A stretch of 64,000 bases of DNA, taken from the NCBI GenBank assembly GCA_965223665.1, contig OZ245011.1, positions 2,688,001 through 2,752,000 on the forward strand, written 5' to 3'. A program made the position numbers and the translations under genes. A model generated the notes under the pieces. It was not told the DNA's origin. It saw only the letters and a list, made by a program, of their open reading frames with translations, and ran no database searches. This document shows, piece after piece, positions 50,165-58,875 of this stretch. The stretch's first letter is position 1. Each line of letters starts with the position of its first letter. The stretch comes from Nitrospinaceae bacterium (lineage in GTDB: Bacteria; Nitrospinota; Nitrospinia; Nitrospinales; Nitrospinaceae).

Positions 50165-50350
50165 CTAGGAGATCAATTTCTCCACAATTTTTGAGAGAAC
50201 GGTATCTACAATACCCAAAAAAACAGCAACTAAAAAAACAACCACGACAACAACCGCTGTTCCGCCCAGGGCTTCATTCTTTGAAGGCCAAGTTACTTTT
50301 TTAACTTCTGCCTTCACTTCCGACAAAAAATCTTTTGCCTTATCAATCAT
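50165..50350 (-). CDS. secE: Preprotein translocase subunit SecE
   Basis: EVKKVTWP plus one TM helix; upstream of nusG. Confidence 0.95.
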   Translation of the reverse strand: MIDKAKDFLSEVKAEVKKVTWPSKNEALGGTAVVVVVVFLVAVFLGIVDTVLSKIVEKLIS

Positions 50351-50373
50351 TCAACAATCAACTTTAAGACTTA

Positions 50374-50448
50374 CAGGCCAGGAGGGACTCGAACCCCCAA
50401 CACCTAGATTTGGAGTCTAGTGCTCTAACCAATTAGAGCTACTGGCCT
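50374..50448 (-). tRNA. tRNA-Trp (CCA); 3' CCA not encoded
   Basis: AGGCCAGTAGCTCTAATTGG...CTCCAAA...GTTCGAGTCCCTCCTGGCCTG cloverleaf. Confidence 0.93.
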
Positions 50449-50541
50449 AACCATAATCCATCCAGGCCATCCATCCTGAATTAATACTTCCATTAAAGAG
50501 CCCCGCCAACCCTCCGGGAGGACCAAAATATCTCAATCAGA

Positions 50542-50691
50542 CTATTTGGTTTCTTTGTGGGGAGTATGTTTTTTACAAAACTTACAATACTTATTAAACT
50601 CCAACCGCGCAGTGGTCTTTTTTTTATTCTTTGTTGTAGAATAATTTCTTCGCTTACAGTCACCACAAGCCAGAATAATAATATCTCTCAT
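50542..50691 (-). CDS. rpmG: 50S ribosomal protein L33 (Zn-binding type; missing from ORF track)
   Basis: Hand translation [49 protein letters not shown]. Confidence 0.96.
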   Translation of the reverse strand: MRDIIILACGDCKRRNYSTTKNKKKTTARLEFNKYCKFCKKHTPHKETK

Positions 50692-50770
50692 AACTTATTC
50701 GCCCAGAACAAAATTTACCCAAGAAACCAAATTTTTAAATTTTTAAACCCCACAAAACCATATAAGACAG

Positions 50771-50842
50771 AGCCCACGATCGGGATTGAACCGATGACCT
50801 CTTCCTTACCAAGGAAGTGCTCCACCACTGAGCTACGTGGGC
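50771..50842 (-). tRNA. tRNA-Thr (GGT); 3' CCA not encoded
   Basis: GCCCACGTAGCTCAGTGG...TTGGTAA...GGTTCAATCCCGATCGTGGGCT. Confidence 0.93.
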
Positions 50843-50903
50843 GTGATCCCAAAACCTCCGTCACCCGGTTACCGATCCCGGACACCCTGATCACCGTTCA
50901 CCA

Positions 50904-50980
50904 TGGAGCGGGAAACGGGACTCGAACCCGCGACCCTCAGCTTGGAAGGCTGACGCTCTAGCCAACTGAGCTATTCCCGC
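50904..50980 (-). tRNA. tRNA-Gly (TCC)
   Basis: GCGGGAATAGCTCAGTTGG...CTTCCAA...GTTCGAGTCCCGTTTCCCGCTCCA. Confidence 0.95.
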
Positions 50981-50996
50981 ATAAAGCTAAAAAAAA

Positions 50997-51081
50997 TGGT
51001 GGGGAGAGGAGGATTCGAACCTCCGAAGGCTGAGCCGACAGATTTACAGTCTGTTCCCTTTGGCCACTCGGGAATCTCCCC
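50997..51081 (-). tRNA. tRNA-Tyr (GTA)
   Basis: GGGGAGATTCCCGAGTGG...CTGTAAA, long variable arm, GTTCGAATCCTCCTCTCCCCACCA. Confidence 0.95.
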
Positions 51082-51261
51082 AGCTTCCGAGGTGGTCACA
51101 CCCTCCACTTCATCTTAAATTCTTCAATTAACAAAGGAATACCCGACCTTTTATTATCAGCCAAAATAAAACAAACCCGCCGGGCATGAATCTCCGCTTG
51201 CCGATTCTATACCAGCCCCAAATTCTCTAGAGGATCACTCCAGTCAAAATGAAAAACGTCT

Positions 51262-51291
51262 ATATTACTTTTTTGTTTTGATTAGTGTCAA
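51262..51291 (-). promoter_or_regulatory. Candidate sigma70 promoter for the tRNA-rpmG-secE-nusG operon
   Basis: TTGACA-18nt-TAATAT with AT-rich upstream tract. Confidence 0.5.
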
Positions 51292-51475
51292 TAAAAAAGA
51301 GAAAAAAAATAGCCTATGGCGGTTAGAGGGCTTAAATGCCCTGAGGTCAATTATTTACTCTAGCATGAAAGTTATGTGATAACAAATTTTTTTGGGGATT
51401 TTTTACTCTTTGGATCCTTAAAATTTTCTAAAAAAAATGGTTATTTTTTTAAAAATAAACTTTCAAATTATCCAC

Positions 51476-52705
51476 TCAATTTGGGTGGAATTTTTCTCCG
51501 CGAATCATTACAAAATCTGCTTCCTTGAGTTTATTTTCAAATGGAATATCCCACCAATCCATAAACGACTCTGGATATTTAAAACCAACCAAATTCGCTG
51601 CATTTCCCTCGCAAACTATTCCATTATTTAGGTTTAAAGCTTTAGCTCCAAGACAAGTGGCCATTTCCAAAATTTGGATTCGACTTATCCCTGGGCTAAG
51701 CTTTTCAATTTTACGAATTTCTTCTAAAAAATTAAGAGAATCATTACTTGCCAATGAATCTGTTCCTATTCCCACAGGTACTCCCAAATCTAAAAGCTTT
51801 TTCACTGGCATCCACTGCTTTCTTTCGAACCAAAGAGTACTTCCCGGACAAAACGCAGCGGATAAGTAATCAGGGCCTAACCAATTTAAATCCTGGTCGA
51901 TATGATTCAGATGAACTCCCAATAATGGAAAGATCCCCAATTCTTTTAAATATTTTGCAGGAGTTTTCTGTGGTGGCTTCCAGGAAGGATCTTCTACCCC
52001 TCGGTTTCTTAATAATTCCAAAAAATCACCTTGACCAGATTGTAAAAACTCGGTTTCCTCTGGAACCTCAGCAACATGACAAGACACTGGGCAAGAATAT
52101 TTGTCCGCCAAATCACGCAACCTCTTTAATAAAACCGGTGAAACAGAATAAGGAGCATGTGGGGCAATGCCTAATCGCAAATGATCACTCTGTGGGGAAA
52201 TTTGCTGTAAAACTTCTTCAACCAATTGAACCCGATTTTCAGCCATTGCCGATTGAAATCCAAAAGTCTCAATAAAAAGAATTTGGTTAAAGGGTAGTTG
52301 AGCAAACTCTACCAGCAACTCTGGATGAGAAAAATAATCCCCTAATGCAGTTACTCCCGACCGAAGCATTACCTGGGTTTGCTCATGAACTGCTGAAATT
52401 CGTTCTTGCCAGAGTAAACTCTCATTTTCTTTAACAACTTGCTTTATCCAGTCGGTGAACTTTAATCCTTGAGGGATTTTTCCGGCTAAGGCAGAAAGAG
52501 AAAGATGACAATGGGCATTCACAAAACCCGGAAGGATTAAATGATTAGATAAATCGTAAGTCTTTCCAGAAAAAGAAGCACTGACTTGGGGGTGGATCGC
52601 CTCAATGAAACCATCCCTAAGAATAATTTCTCCATCGTCCCACTCTTCTCCAGTCATGGGAATAAGTTTTTTAAATAAAATACGTTTTAAAGAAATTGGG
52701 TTCAT
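51476..52705 (-). CDS. Amidohydrolase-superfamily deaminase (possibly aminodeoxyfutalosine/MTA-SAH deaminase-like)
   Basis: PGFVNAHCHL, PHAPYSVS, HVAE, GTDSLASN metal-binding motifs. Confidence 0.85.
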   Translation of the reverse strand: MNPISLKRILFKKLIPMTGEEWDDGEIILRDGFIEAIHPQVSASFSGKTYDLSNHLILPGFVNAHCHLSLSALAGKIPQGLKFTDWIKQVVKENESLLWQERISAVHEQTQVMLRSGVTALGDYFSHPELLVEFAQLPFNQILFIETFGFQSAMAENRVQLVEEVLQQISPQSDHLRLGIAPHAPYSVSPVLLKRLRDLADKYSCPVSCHVAEVPEETEFLQSGQGDFLELLRNRGVEDPSWKPPQKTPAKYLKELGIFPLLGVHLNHIDQDLNWLGPDYLSAAFCPGSTLWFERKQWMPVKKLLDLGVPVGIGTDSLASNDSLNFLEEIRKIEKLSPGISRIQILEMATCLGAKALNLNNGIVCEGNAANLVGFKYPESFMDWWDIPFENKLKEADFVMIRGEKFHPN

Positions 52706-52828
52706 AAGCTATGAGTTTTTTTGGTCAAACCCAATTGTGACCGACCCAAATAAACTGTTTGATAAAGAAAATATTACCTTATGGAGAAAATCAAAATAGA
52801 AGTGCTTTTGTAAGAGGAGGTATAAATT

Positions 52829-53371
52829 TTATTCCACCCATTTTCCAACTCTATTCCATCGAATTTGATTTGTTTCACCATCTATAGACCAATAAATTAA
52901 CTTTACTATACCAACTACTTTCTGAATTTCTATAAATCCTTTAAATCTACTATCATTACTATTTTCTCGGTTATCACCCAGAACAAAAAGGAACCCTTCG
53001 GAAATTCTCAGAGGTTTAAGATCATCTCTGGGAAAAAAGGGTTCTTCCTTAACCAGTTCAGTATGATAAGCATATGGCTCCACGATTTCACTGTCATTTA
53101 TATAAACTTTTTGTTTTTTTATTTCCAATATTTCTCCCGGTAGACCGATCACTCTTGCGATAAATTTTCTACTGTCATCTCCAGAATAAGAAAACACAAT
53201 TATTTCACCCCTTTTAAGTCCTTCTTTTTTTCCAAACCATTTGTTAACTAATATATGATCCCCACTAATAAGAGTTGGAGCCATGGATCCTGAAGGAAGT
53301 CGGAATGAAGACAACCAAAATCCAATCAAAACTGTTAATAAAATAATGAAAAATAATTTTTTAAGGCTCAT
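52829..53371 (-). CDS. Signal peptidase I (S26) homolog; catalytic-Lys position is Ala
   Basis: PSGSMAPTL, RGEIIVF, FIARVIGLPG, GDNRENSNDSR. Confidence 0.85.
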   Translation of the reverse strand: MSLKKLFFIILLTVLIGFWLSSFRLPSGSMAPTLISGDHILVNKWFGKKEGLKRGEIIVFSYSGDDSRKFIARVIGLPGEILEIKKQKVYINDSEIVEPYAYHTELVKEEPFFPRDDLKPLRISEGFLFVLGDNRENSNDSRFKGFIEIQKVVGIVKLIYWSIDGETNQIRWNRVGKWVE

Positions 53372-53442
53372 TAAAAAATTTCCAAAACAGAAAATGCCTC
53401 AAAACAAAATAAACTTGGCAATTGAAATTCGAGAACAGTTAA

Positions 53443-55932
53443 TTAATCAGGAATATCAATTAACAAACCCCATTTAGATTGAAGTGTAATGGGAGGAGTA
53501 AGATGAGTTTTTGAAAACTTGTCATTTTCTCCAGTAGTATCGATTAGAAATCCAAAACTTCCTAAATTTCGGGATGCCTCAAATACTCCTTCTCCTTGAC
53601 CTATTTCTCGTAACAAATAATTATCTGTCCCATCCGTATCACTCAATACACCAATGCCGTTAGCGTTACCCATTCCCTGCGCCAACACTCCGGAAATATA
53701 TCGGTCGTTCCCCAATCCGTCCAATAAAAATCCCAGTCCAAAATCGTGACCACAGCCCTGCGACACTCCTAATTTTGCTAAATAATTATCATCCCCTGCA
53801 TTATCCAAAAGAACTCCAGAAGAAAAGTGCACCCCAGCACCCTGCGAGTAGCGTCCTGCGATATAGGAGTCGTGCCCGGATTGGTCAGCCAAAATTCCCA
53901 ATGCAAACCAATAACTACTCCCTTGAGAAAAATAATCTCCTATATAAGTATCATTTCCTTCCGCATCTGCCATTACTCCAATACCACCAGAAGTTCCTAC
54001 CAATGTCTCCCACGGACGAAGACCCAGGCCAAAACCCTGAGACATGGATTGATAAGCCTTTTTTGGTTCACGAAAATCAGGATACACTCCCCCGGCAAAA
54101 TATTTATCATCACCCTTTTCATTGACCAAAGCGCCAAAACCTTTTACAAATCCAAATCCCTGGGCAGAAATGGCTGCATTTAAATAATCGTTTCCTTCAC
54201 CCAACCCTAAAACACCAGCTCCAAAAAAACCGGATCCCTGGCAAAAAGCATGGCAATTAAATTCATCATTTCCCTGGATATCTATTAACATCCCTACGCC
54301 CAACAACGCCGACCCTTGGGAAAAACTTTGTGCAATGTAACGGTCATCCCCCCCAAGATCGATTAAAAATCCTCCTCCTAAAAACCCTGTTCCTTGTGCT
54401 AAAGATTCCGAAGATATATACAAGTCATTTCCTGAAAAATCGATAACTACAGAAAAGGGCCGATTGGGTTTACTGGAGGCGGAATTATTGAAATAGGAAT
54501 CGTTTCCTCCCAAATCAATAATAAAATCAGCATCTTCAGTATATTGATTATTTTTTGTGCCCCCTAAAATTACCGTTCCAAAAGAAGTCGAAATAATTGT
54601 TTTATTTTCACGTTCTTCAATACTCCATCCCGGTAAAAAAGGAGAAATTTCCCCTATGTTTTTTTTAATTTTTATTAAGTTATCTATATCTAATGCTTTT
54701 GCTACGAAATTGCAGGCTGTTAGAATTCCCCTTAAATCAACTTTTAAACCTATGTTCAAAAACTTAAGCAGAGTGACCTCCATTTCCCTTTTTTCCAACT
54801 CGGTTTTATCCTGTGAAGCCAATTCCGCTTTATTTGCCCAAATTTCATCGACACTATCATATAAAAATTTTAATTCTTCTGAAGAAAGTTGACTCAACGC
54901 TTTCCTTCTCATTTCCTTTGCTTTGTTTATAGATTGCAAAATAGTTTCAACCATAACTTTAAACGATTGAATATTCTCGTGACTAATTTCGTCAACCCAC
55001 ATCCCAGAAGACTCTATTTTTAAATCTAATTCTTCCCCGGCTAATTCAATTATTCCAGATAAGTTTTTTCTTTCTTTATTAAACTGGCTAAACAATCGCT
55101 CTACAATTTGTTTTGACACTATGGGCAATTCCATAGGTTGATTAAGGACAAAATTTATTTCTGACAAACGAAAGGGATTATAACTTTTTCCTTTTACCGC
55201 AGTACTCACAACATGAGCAGTGCGAATTCTCAAACTATTTAGTGTTTGCTCAAAGGGATCTATCAGTTTCTTTTCTAATAAAAGGGAATGAATTAGAGAA
55301 TTTCCTTTTTCCAAAGGATTCTCCAATTCCGGATGTAATTTCTGCAAAACATTAGTTGTAGGTTTTTCTTCCAGCGTTACGAAAAGATCAATCCATTCTT
55401 CATTTCGTAAAATTTTTAATGAAATTAATTGTCCTGGCCGAACCCTGGCAACTCGACGACGAAAACTTAGTAACAAAGAATTTTCATTTCCTAAATTAAG
55501 AGGCATCCCCTCCATTTCTATAATACGGTCACCCTGAAGAATTCCAGCCTTGCTAGCTGGAGAATCAGGAAATACCTGCAATACTTGAATGGCTGGAGAC
55601 ACATCATTTGCATGAGGCAAAAATACAGGCTTTGCTTCTTTAAGAGAGACACCCAACCAACTCATATTTGAAGAGGATGAAGCAATTTCCTGATTCAATT
55701 CGGAGGATAAGTCGGGAGGAATACTAAAAATTTTTCGTAGTGCCAAAGGATTATTTAATATTTCTGAACTAATACCCTGAGTTTGTGTTTTTAGGGATTG
55801 AATAAATTTAGGGTCTTCAGCATGTGCCAACAAAATAAAACTTTGATGAGCAATACTCACTATTACTCCGATTAGAACAATTAAATAAATCCGCATTAAA
55901 AAATTTTTGAAAGATTGGAAGATTAAAACCAA
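53443..55932 (-). CDS. Large exported PDZ-domain protein with C-terminal Gly/Asp-rich repeats
   Basis: N-terminal hydrophobic segment; WLGV..VFPDSPASKAGILQGDRI (PDZ); repeated D-x-x-G-[ND]-D-x-Y...QG units. Confidence 0.75.
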   Translation of the reverse strand: MVLIFQSFKNFLMRIYLIVLIGVIVSIAHQSFILLAHAEDPKFIQSLKTQTQGISSEILNNPLALRKIFSIPPDLSSELNQEIASSSSNMSWLGVSLKEAKPVFLPHANDVSPAIQVLQVFPDSPASKAGILQGDRIIEMEGMPLNLGNENSLLLSFRRRVARVRPGQLISLKILRNEEWIDLFVTLEEKPTTNVLQKLHPELENPLEKGNSLIHSLLLEKKLIDPFEQTLNSLRIRTAHVVSTAVKGKSYNPFRLSEINFVLNQPMELPIVSKQIVERLFSQFNKERKNLSGIIELAGEELDLKIESSGMWVDEISHENIQSFKVMVETILQSINKAKEMRRKALSQLSSEELKFLYDSVDEIWANKAELASQDKTELEKREMEVTLLKFLNIGLKVDLRGILTACNFVAKALDIDNLIKIKKNIGEISPFLPGWSIEERENKTIISTSFGTVILGGTKNNQYTEDADFIIDLGGNDSYFNNSASSKPNRPFSVVIDFSGNDLYISSESLAQGTGFLGGGFLIDLGGDDRYIAQSFSQGSALLGVGMLIDIQGNDEFNCHAFCQGSGFFGAGVLGLGEGNDYLNAAISAQGFGFVKGFGALVNEKGDDKYFAGGVYPDFREPKKAYQSMSQGFGLGLRPWETLVGTSGGIGVMADAEGNDTYIGDYFSQGSSYWFALGILADQSGHDSYIAGRYSQGAGVHFSSGVLLDNAGDDNYLAKLGVSQGCGHDFGLGFLLDGLGNDRYISGVLAQGMGNANGIGVLSDTDGTDNYLLREIGQGEGVFEASRNLGSFGFLIDTTGENDKFSKTHLTPPITLQSKWGLLIDIPD

Positions 55933-56399
55933 GTTTTGTTTTTGTAATGGCGATATTGATCACCAAATTTTTTAGTAAGAGCAACTTCTTCATAACGGGA
56001 TCGTAGCCTGTTTAAGGGCAAAACCACCAAAGCCCAAAATACCAAAGCGTGCACAGAACCCAAAGCTATAAAAAGACCACCTAAGGTTAGATTAATCCCC
56101 AAATAAACAGGATGACGAATAACCTTATAAATCCCTTTAGTAATCAAACGATCTCCCCCTGGGAGAACTTGAAGAGAACGGCCCAATTGAATCATGGCGA
56201 TTATCCAAAGACAGGCGCCGGATAATCCAAAAATCAAACCGGCAATTGCTAACTCTTTATATCCAAATCCAAATTGTTTAGGTGCCAACCAGGCAATTAA
56301 CAATCCCACGAGATAAACTGAAGGCACAATTATTGTTACTAATAATGCTTTTCCAGGAGAAAGTGATTCCCAGGAGTTAACCTTTTCATTTGATCCCAT
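55923..56399 (-). CDS. Isoprenylcysteine carboxyl methyltransferase / PEMT-family membrane protein
   Basis: LITKGIYKVIRHPVYLG, EE..L..KFG.QY..Y. Confidence 0.85.
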   Translation of the reverse strand: MGSNEKVNSWESLSPGKALLVTIIVPSVYLVGLLIAWLAPKQFGFGYKELAIAGLIFGLSGACLWIIAMIQLGRSLQVLPGGDRLITKGIYKVIRHPVYLGINLTLGGLFIALGSVHALVFWALVVLPLNRLRSRYEEVALTKKFGDQYRHYKNKTWF

Positions 56400-56420
56400 T
56401 CTTTACTCTTCAAATAATTC

Positions 56421-57527
56421 TTAGGGAGATTGATTTTTAACGGCAGTAGTTTCTTGTGGAATTAAATGCCGTATCCAATCTTCCTGCCCAGCAACAAAAT
56501 TCATTTCAACACTTAGAACAAAAACAGGAAGCTTAAAATCATATTCGCGAATTTTTACTGAATCCTTTTCAGTGGTAACTATCCATTGAGCCCCTAAACG
56601 AATCGCCTCCTCTTCAATTAACCTAAAGTGTTCAGGTTGATAATAAAAGTGATCTGGAAAAGAACGTTTAGAAACTATGCGAGCTCCAGCCTCCTCCAAG
56701 GTTTTATTAAAATCATCCGGTTGCCCAATACCGCAAAAGGTGGCTATGGAAATTTTTTCTAATGAACTTAAAGGCTGTTTGTCTTTCGACTTTAATGAAA
56801 AAATGGTAGTAGGTTGAAGTTGAGTTTGAACCACTGGAACTTTTTTAATATTTACTTTTTCCAATAATTCAGAGTCACCATTAAAAGGCGATCTGGTTAA
56901 ACAAATTAAATCAGCCCGCTCAAACGCTCCAAGAGGTTCTCTTAATTCCCCAGCAGGAAACACCCTGCCGTTACCAATAGGTTGTTGGAAATCACAAAGA
57001 AGAATATTTAAATCACGATGCAAAGAAAGATGTTGGTAGCCATCATCGAGAATTAAAGTATCCACTCCAAAATGTTTTATGGCATACAAACCCGTTTTGA
57101 AGCGTTTTCTTCCCGTTAAGATTGGAACGGTTTGGAGACGTTTGGCCATCATTACAGGTTCGTCTCCCGCATCTTCAGAATCCAATAATAAGGTTTTACC
57201 ATCACAAACTACATTGACCTCATCATTAATATCTCCACCATAACCACGGCTAAGAATTGCAGGCTTAGAACCACTTTTCTGTAAACTTTCTGCGATCAAT
57301 ATAACTGTGGGTGTTTTACCGGTTCCACCTAAAGTCATATTTCCCACGCTAATAACCCGAACAGGAAGTCGGTGAGTTTTAAAGAATCTCCATTGATAAA
57401 ATAGCACTCGAATTTTTTGGATCCATTTATAAAAAAAAGAAACCACCAGGAGAAAAGCATACATAGGAACATGATAGAATTTCCGTTGAGGAGAAATTAC
57501 TTCATAAAACAACGTTTCGAGATTCAT
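56421..57527 (-). CDS. lpxK: Tetraacyldisaccharide 4'-kinase
   Basis: ISVGNMTLGGTGKTP, LSRGYGG, GDEP, LDDGYQH, PAGELREP, FPDH, TTEKD. Confidence 0.96.
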   Translation of the reverse strand: MNLETLFYEVISPQRKFYHVPMYAFLLVVSFFYKWIQKIRVLFYQWRFFKTHRLPVRVISVGNMTLGGTGKTPTVILIAESLQKSGSKPAILSRGYGGDINDEVNVVCDGKTLLLDSEDAGDEPVMMAKRLQTVPILTGRKRFKTGLYAIKHFGVDTLILDDGYQHLSLHRDLNILLCDFQQPIGNGRVFPAGELREPLGAFERADLICLTRSPFNGDSELLEKVNIKKVPVVQTQLQPTTIFSLKSKDKQPLSSLEKISIATFCGIGQPDDFNKTLEEAGARIVSKRSFPDHFYYQPEHFRLIEEEAIRLGAQWIVTTEKDSVKIREYDFKLPVFVLSVEMNFVAGQEDWIRHLIPQETTAVKNQSP

Positions 57528-57587
57528 TAATGCCTTTCCTTAGGTTCAATAGTTTCCTGTTTCAGTTAAGTAGTTTATAATCGGTCC

Positions 57588-58874
57588 ATGGACACGATTT
57601 ATCATATTATCATAGGTATTGGACTGATCCTCGCCTCCCCAGTGGTTTTGATCAAAATGATATTCAACCCCAAATTTAGGGAGGAAGTAAGAGCTCGTTT
57701 GTTTCAGTGGAAAGAACTTCCCAAATATCGTTCTACCATCTGGGTTCATGCTGCTTCTGTTGGTGAAGTGCAAATGGCGAAACTTTTTATTCGTGCCTTA
57801 CAGGAAAAATATGATGACAAACAAATCGTTTTATCTACTTTTTCTCCTACAGGGTTTGAGTTGGCTTTAGAAGAAAACCTTTGTCCAGTATTTCGATTAC
57901 CCATAGACATTATTTTATTGATTCGTCCTTTAATAAAACGATTGAATCCCTCCGTTTTAATATTAATTGAAGCCGAGTTTTGGCCAGCCTTGTTAAGGCA
58001 ATGTGGATTGAAAGGAATTCCGATTTTACTAATAAACGGGAGGATGTCTGAACGTTCGTTCGAGCAATACAAAAAAATCCAACCCGTATTTCACTGGTTA
58101 ACCTTTGCTTTTTATCGCTTTGCAATGCGAAGTCCCCTCGATGCCGATCGTGTTCGTCGATTAGGAACCCGCAAGGATAGAATTCTTGTAACTGGAAATA
58201 TGAAATTTGATGGCATCCCCCCAGTACATTCCTCAAATTCTTCATTTAATCAAAATGGTTCATCAACTATAGTTTTTGGTTCTACTCGACCAGGAGATGA
58301 AGCCATCATTTTAGATACTATTCATAAATTAAGGGAGAAAAATCCTCTACTCCATTTTGTTCTCGCTCCCCGTCATATTCAAAGAACGGAAGAAGTGGAA
58401 AAAATGATTCTGAAAAAAGGGCTGGAATATCAATTGCACTCAAAACTGAAAAATCCAATTTCTGAAACTCAACCTTTCCTAATACTGGTAGATGTTCTTG
58501 GAAAACTGAATACATATTATAAAGAAGCCGTTGTGACATTTGTGGGTGGTGGTTTCAACCCTGAAATTGGTGGTCATAACATCTTAGAACCTGCGGTTCT
58601 TGGGAAACCAGTAATTTTTGGGAAACATATGCACAACTTTGAGGAAGAAGCACGGTTATTGACTTCCTCAGGAGGTGGAATCCAAATAGATGAGCCCGGT
58701 CTTCTCTATCCAACCTTAAAGGATTTAATAGACCATCCCAAAGAAATCGAACGAAGAGGACAATTAGCAGCACAAACAGTCGAAGACCATCGAGGAGCTA
58801 TTTATAGAAATTTACAGTTAGTGGACGAAATTCTTACTTCTCCTTGTCTGCAGAATAAAGGGTCTTCTTCATAA
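57588..58874 (+). CDS. waaA: Kdo transferase (GT30), copy 1
   Basis: IWVHAASVGE, EAEFWP, NGRMS, GNMKFD, GSTRPG, APRH, GGHNILEP. Confidence 0.92.
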   Translation: MDTIYHIIIGIGLILASPVVLIKMIFNPKFREEVRARLFQWKELPKYRSTIWVHAASVGEVQMAKLFIRALQEKYDDKQIVLSTFSPTGFELALEENLCPVFRLPIDIILLIRPLIKRLNPSVLILIEAEFWPALLRQCGLKGIPILLINGRMSERSFEQYKKIQPVFHWLTFAFYRFAMRSPLDADRVRRLGTRKDRILVTGNMKFDGIPPVHSSNSSFNQNGSSTIVFGSTRPGDEAIILDTIHKLREKNPLLHFVLAPRHIQRTEEVEKMILKKGLEYQLHSKLKNPISETQPFLILVDVLGKLNTYYKEAVVTFVGGGFNPEIGGHNILEPAVLGKPVIFGKHMHNFEEEARLLTSSGGGIQIDEPGLLYPTLKDLIDHPKEIERRGQLAAQTVEDHRGAIYRNLQLVDEILTSPCLQNKGSSS

Positions 58875-58875
58875 A

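Noticed and set aside
20006-50961. Numerous plus-strand and alternate-frame ORFs over ribosomal, rpo, tuf, fus and tRNA genes
   Set aside because: Shadow ORFs of conserved minus-strand genes.
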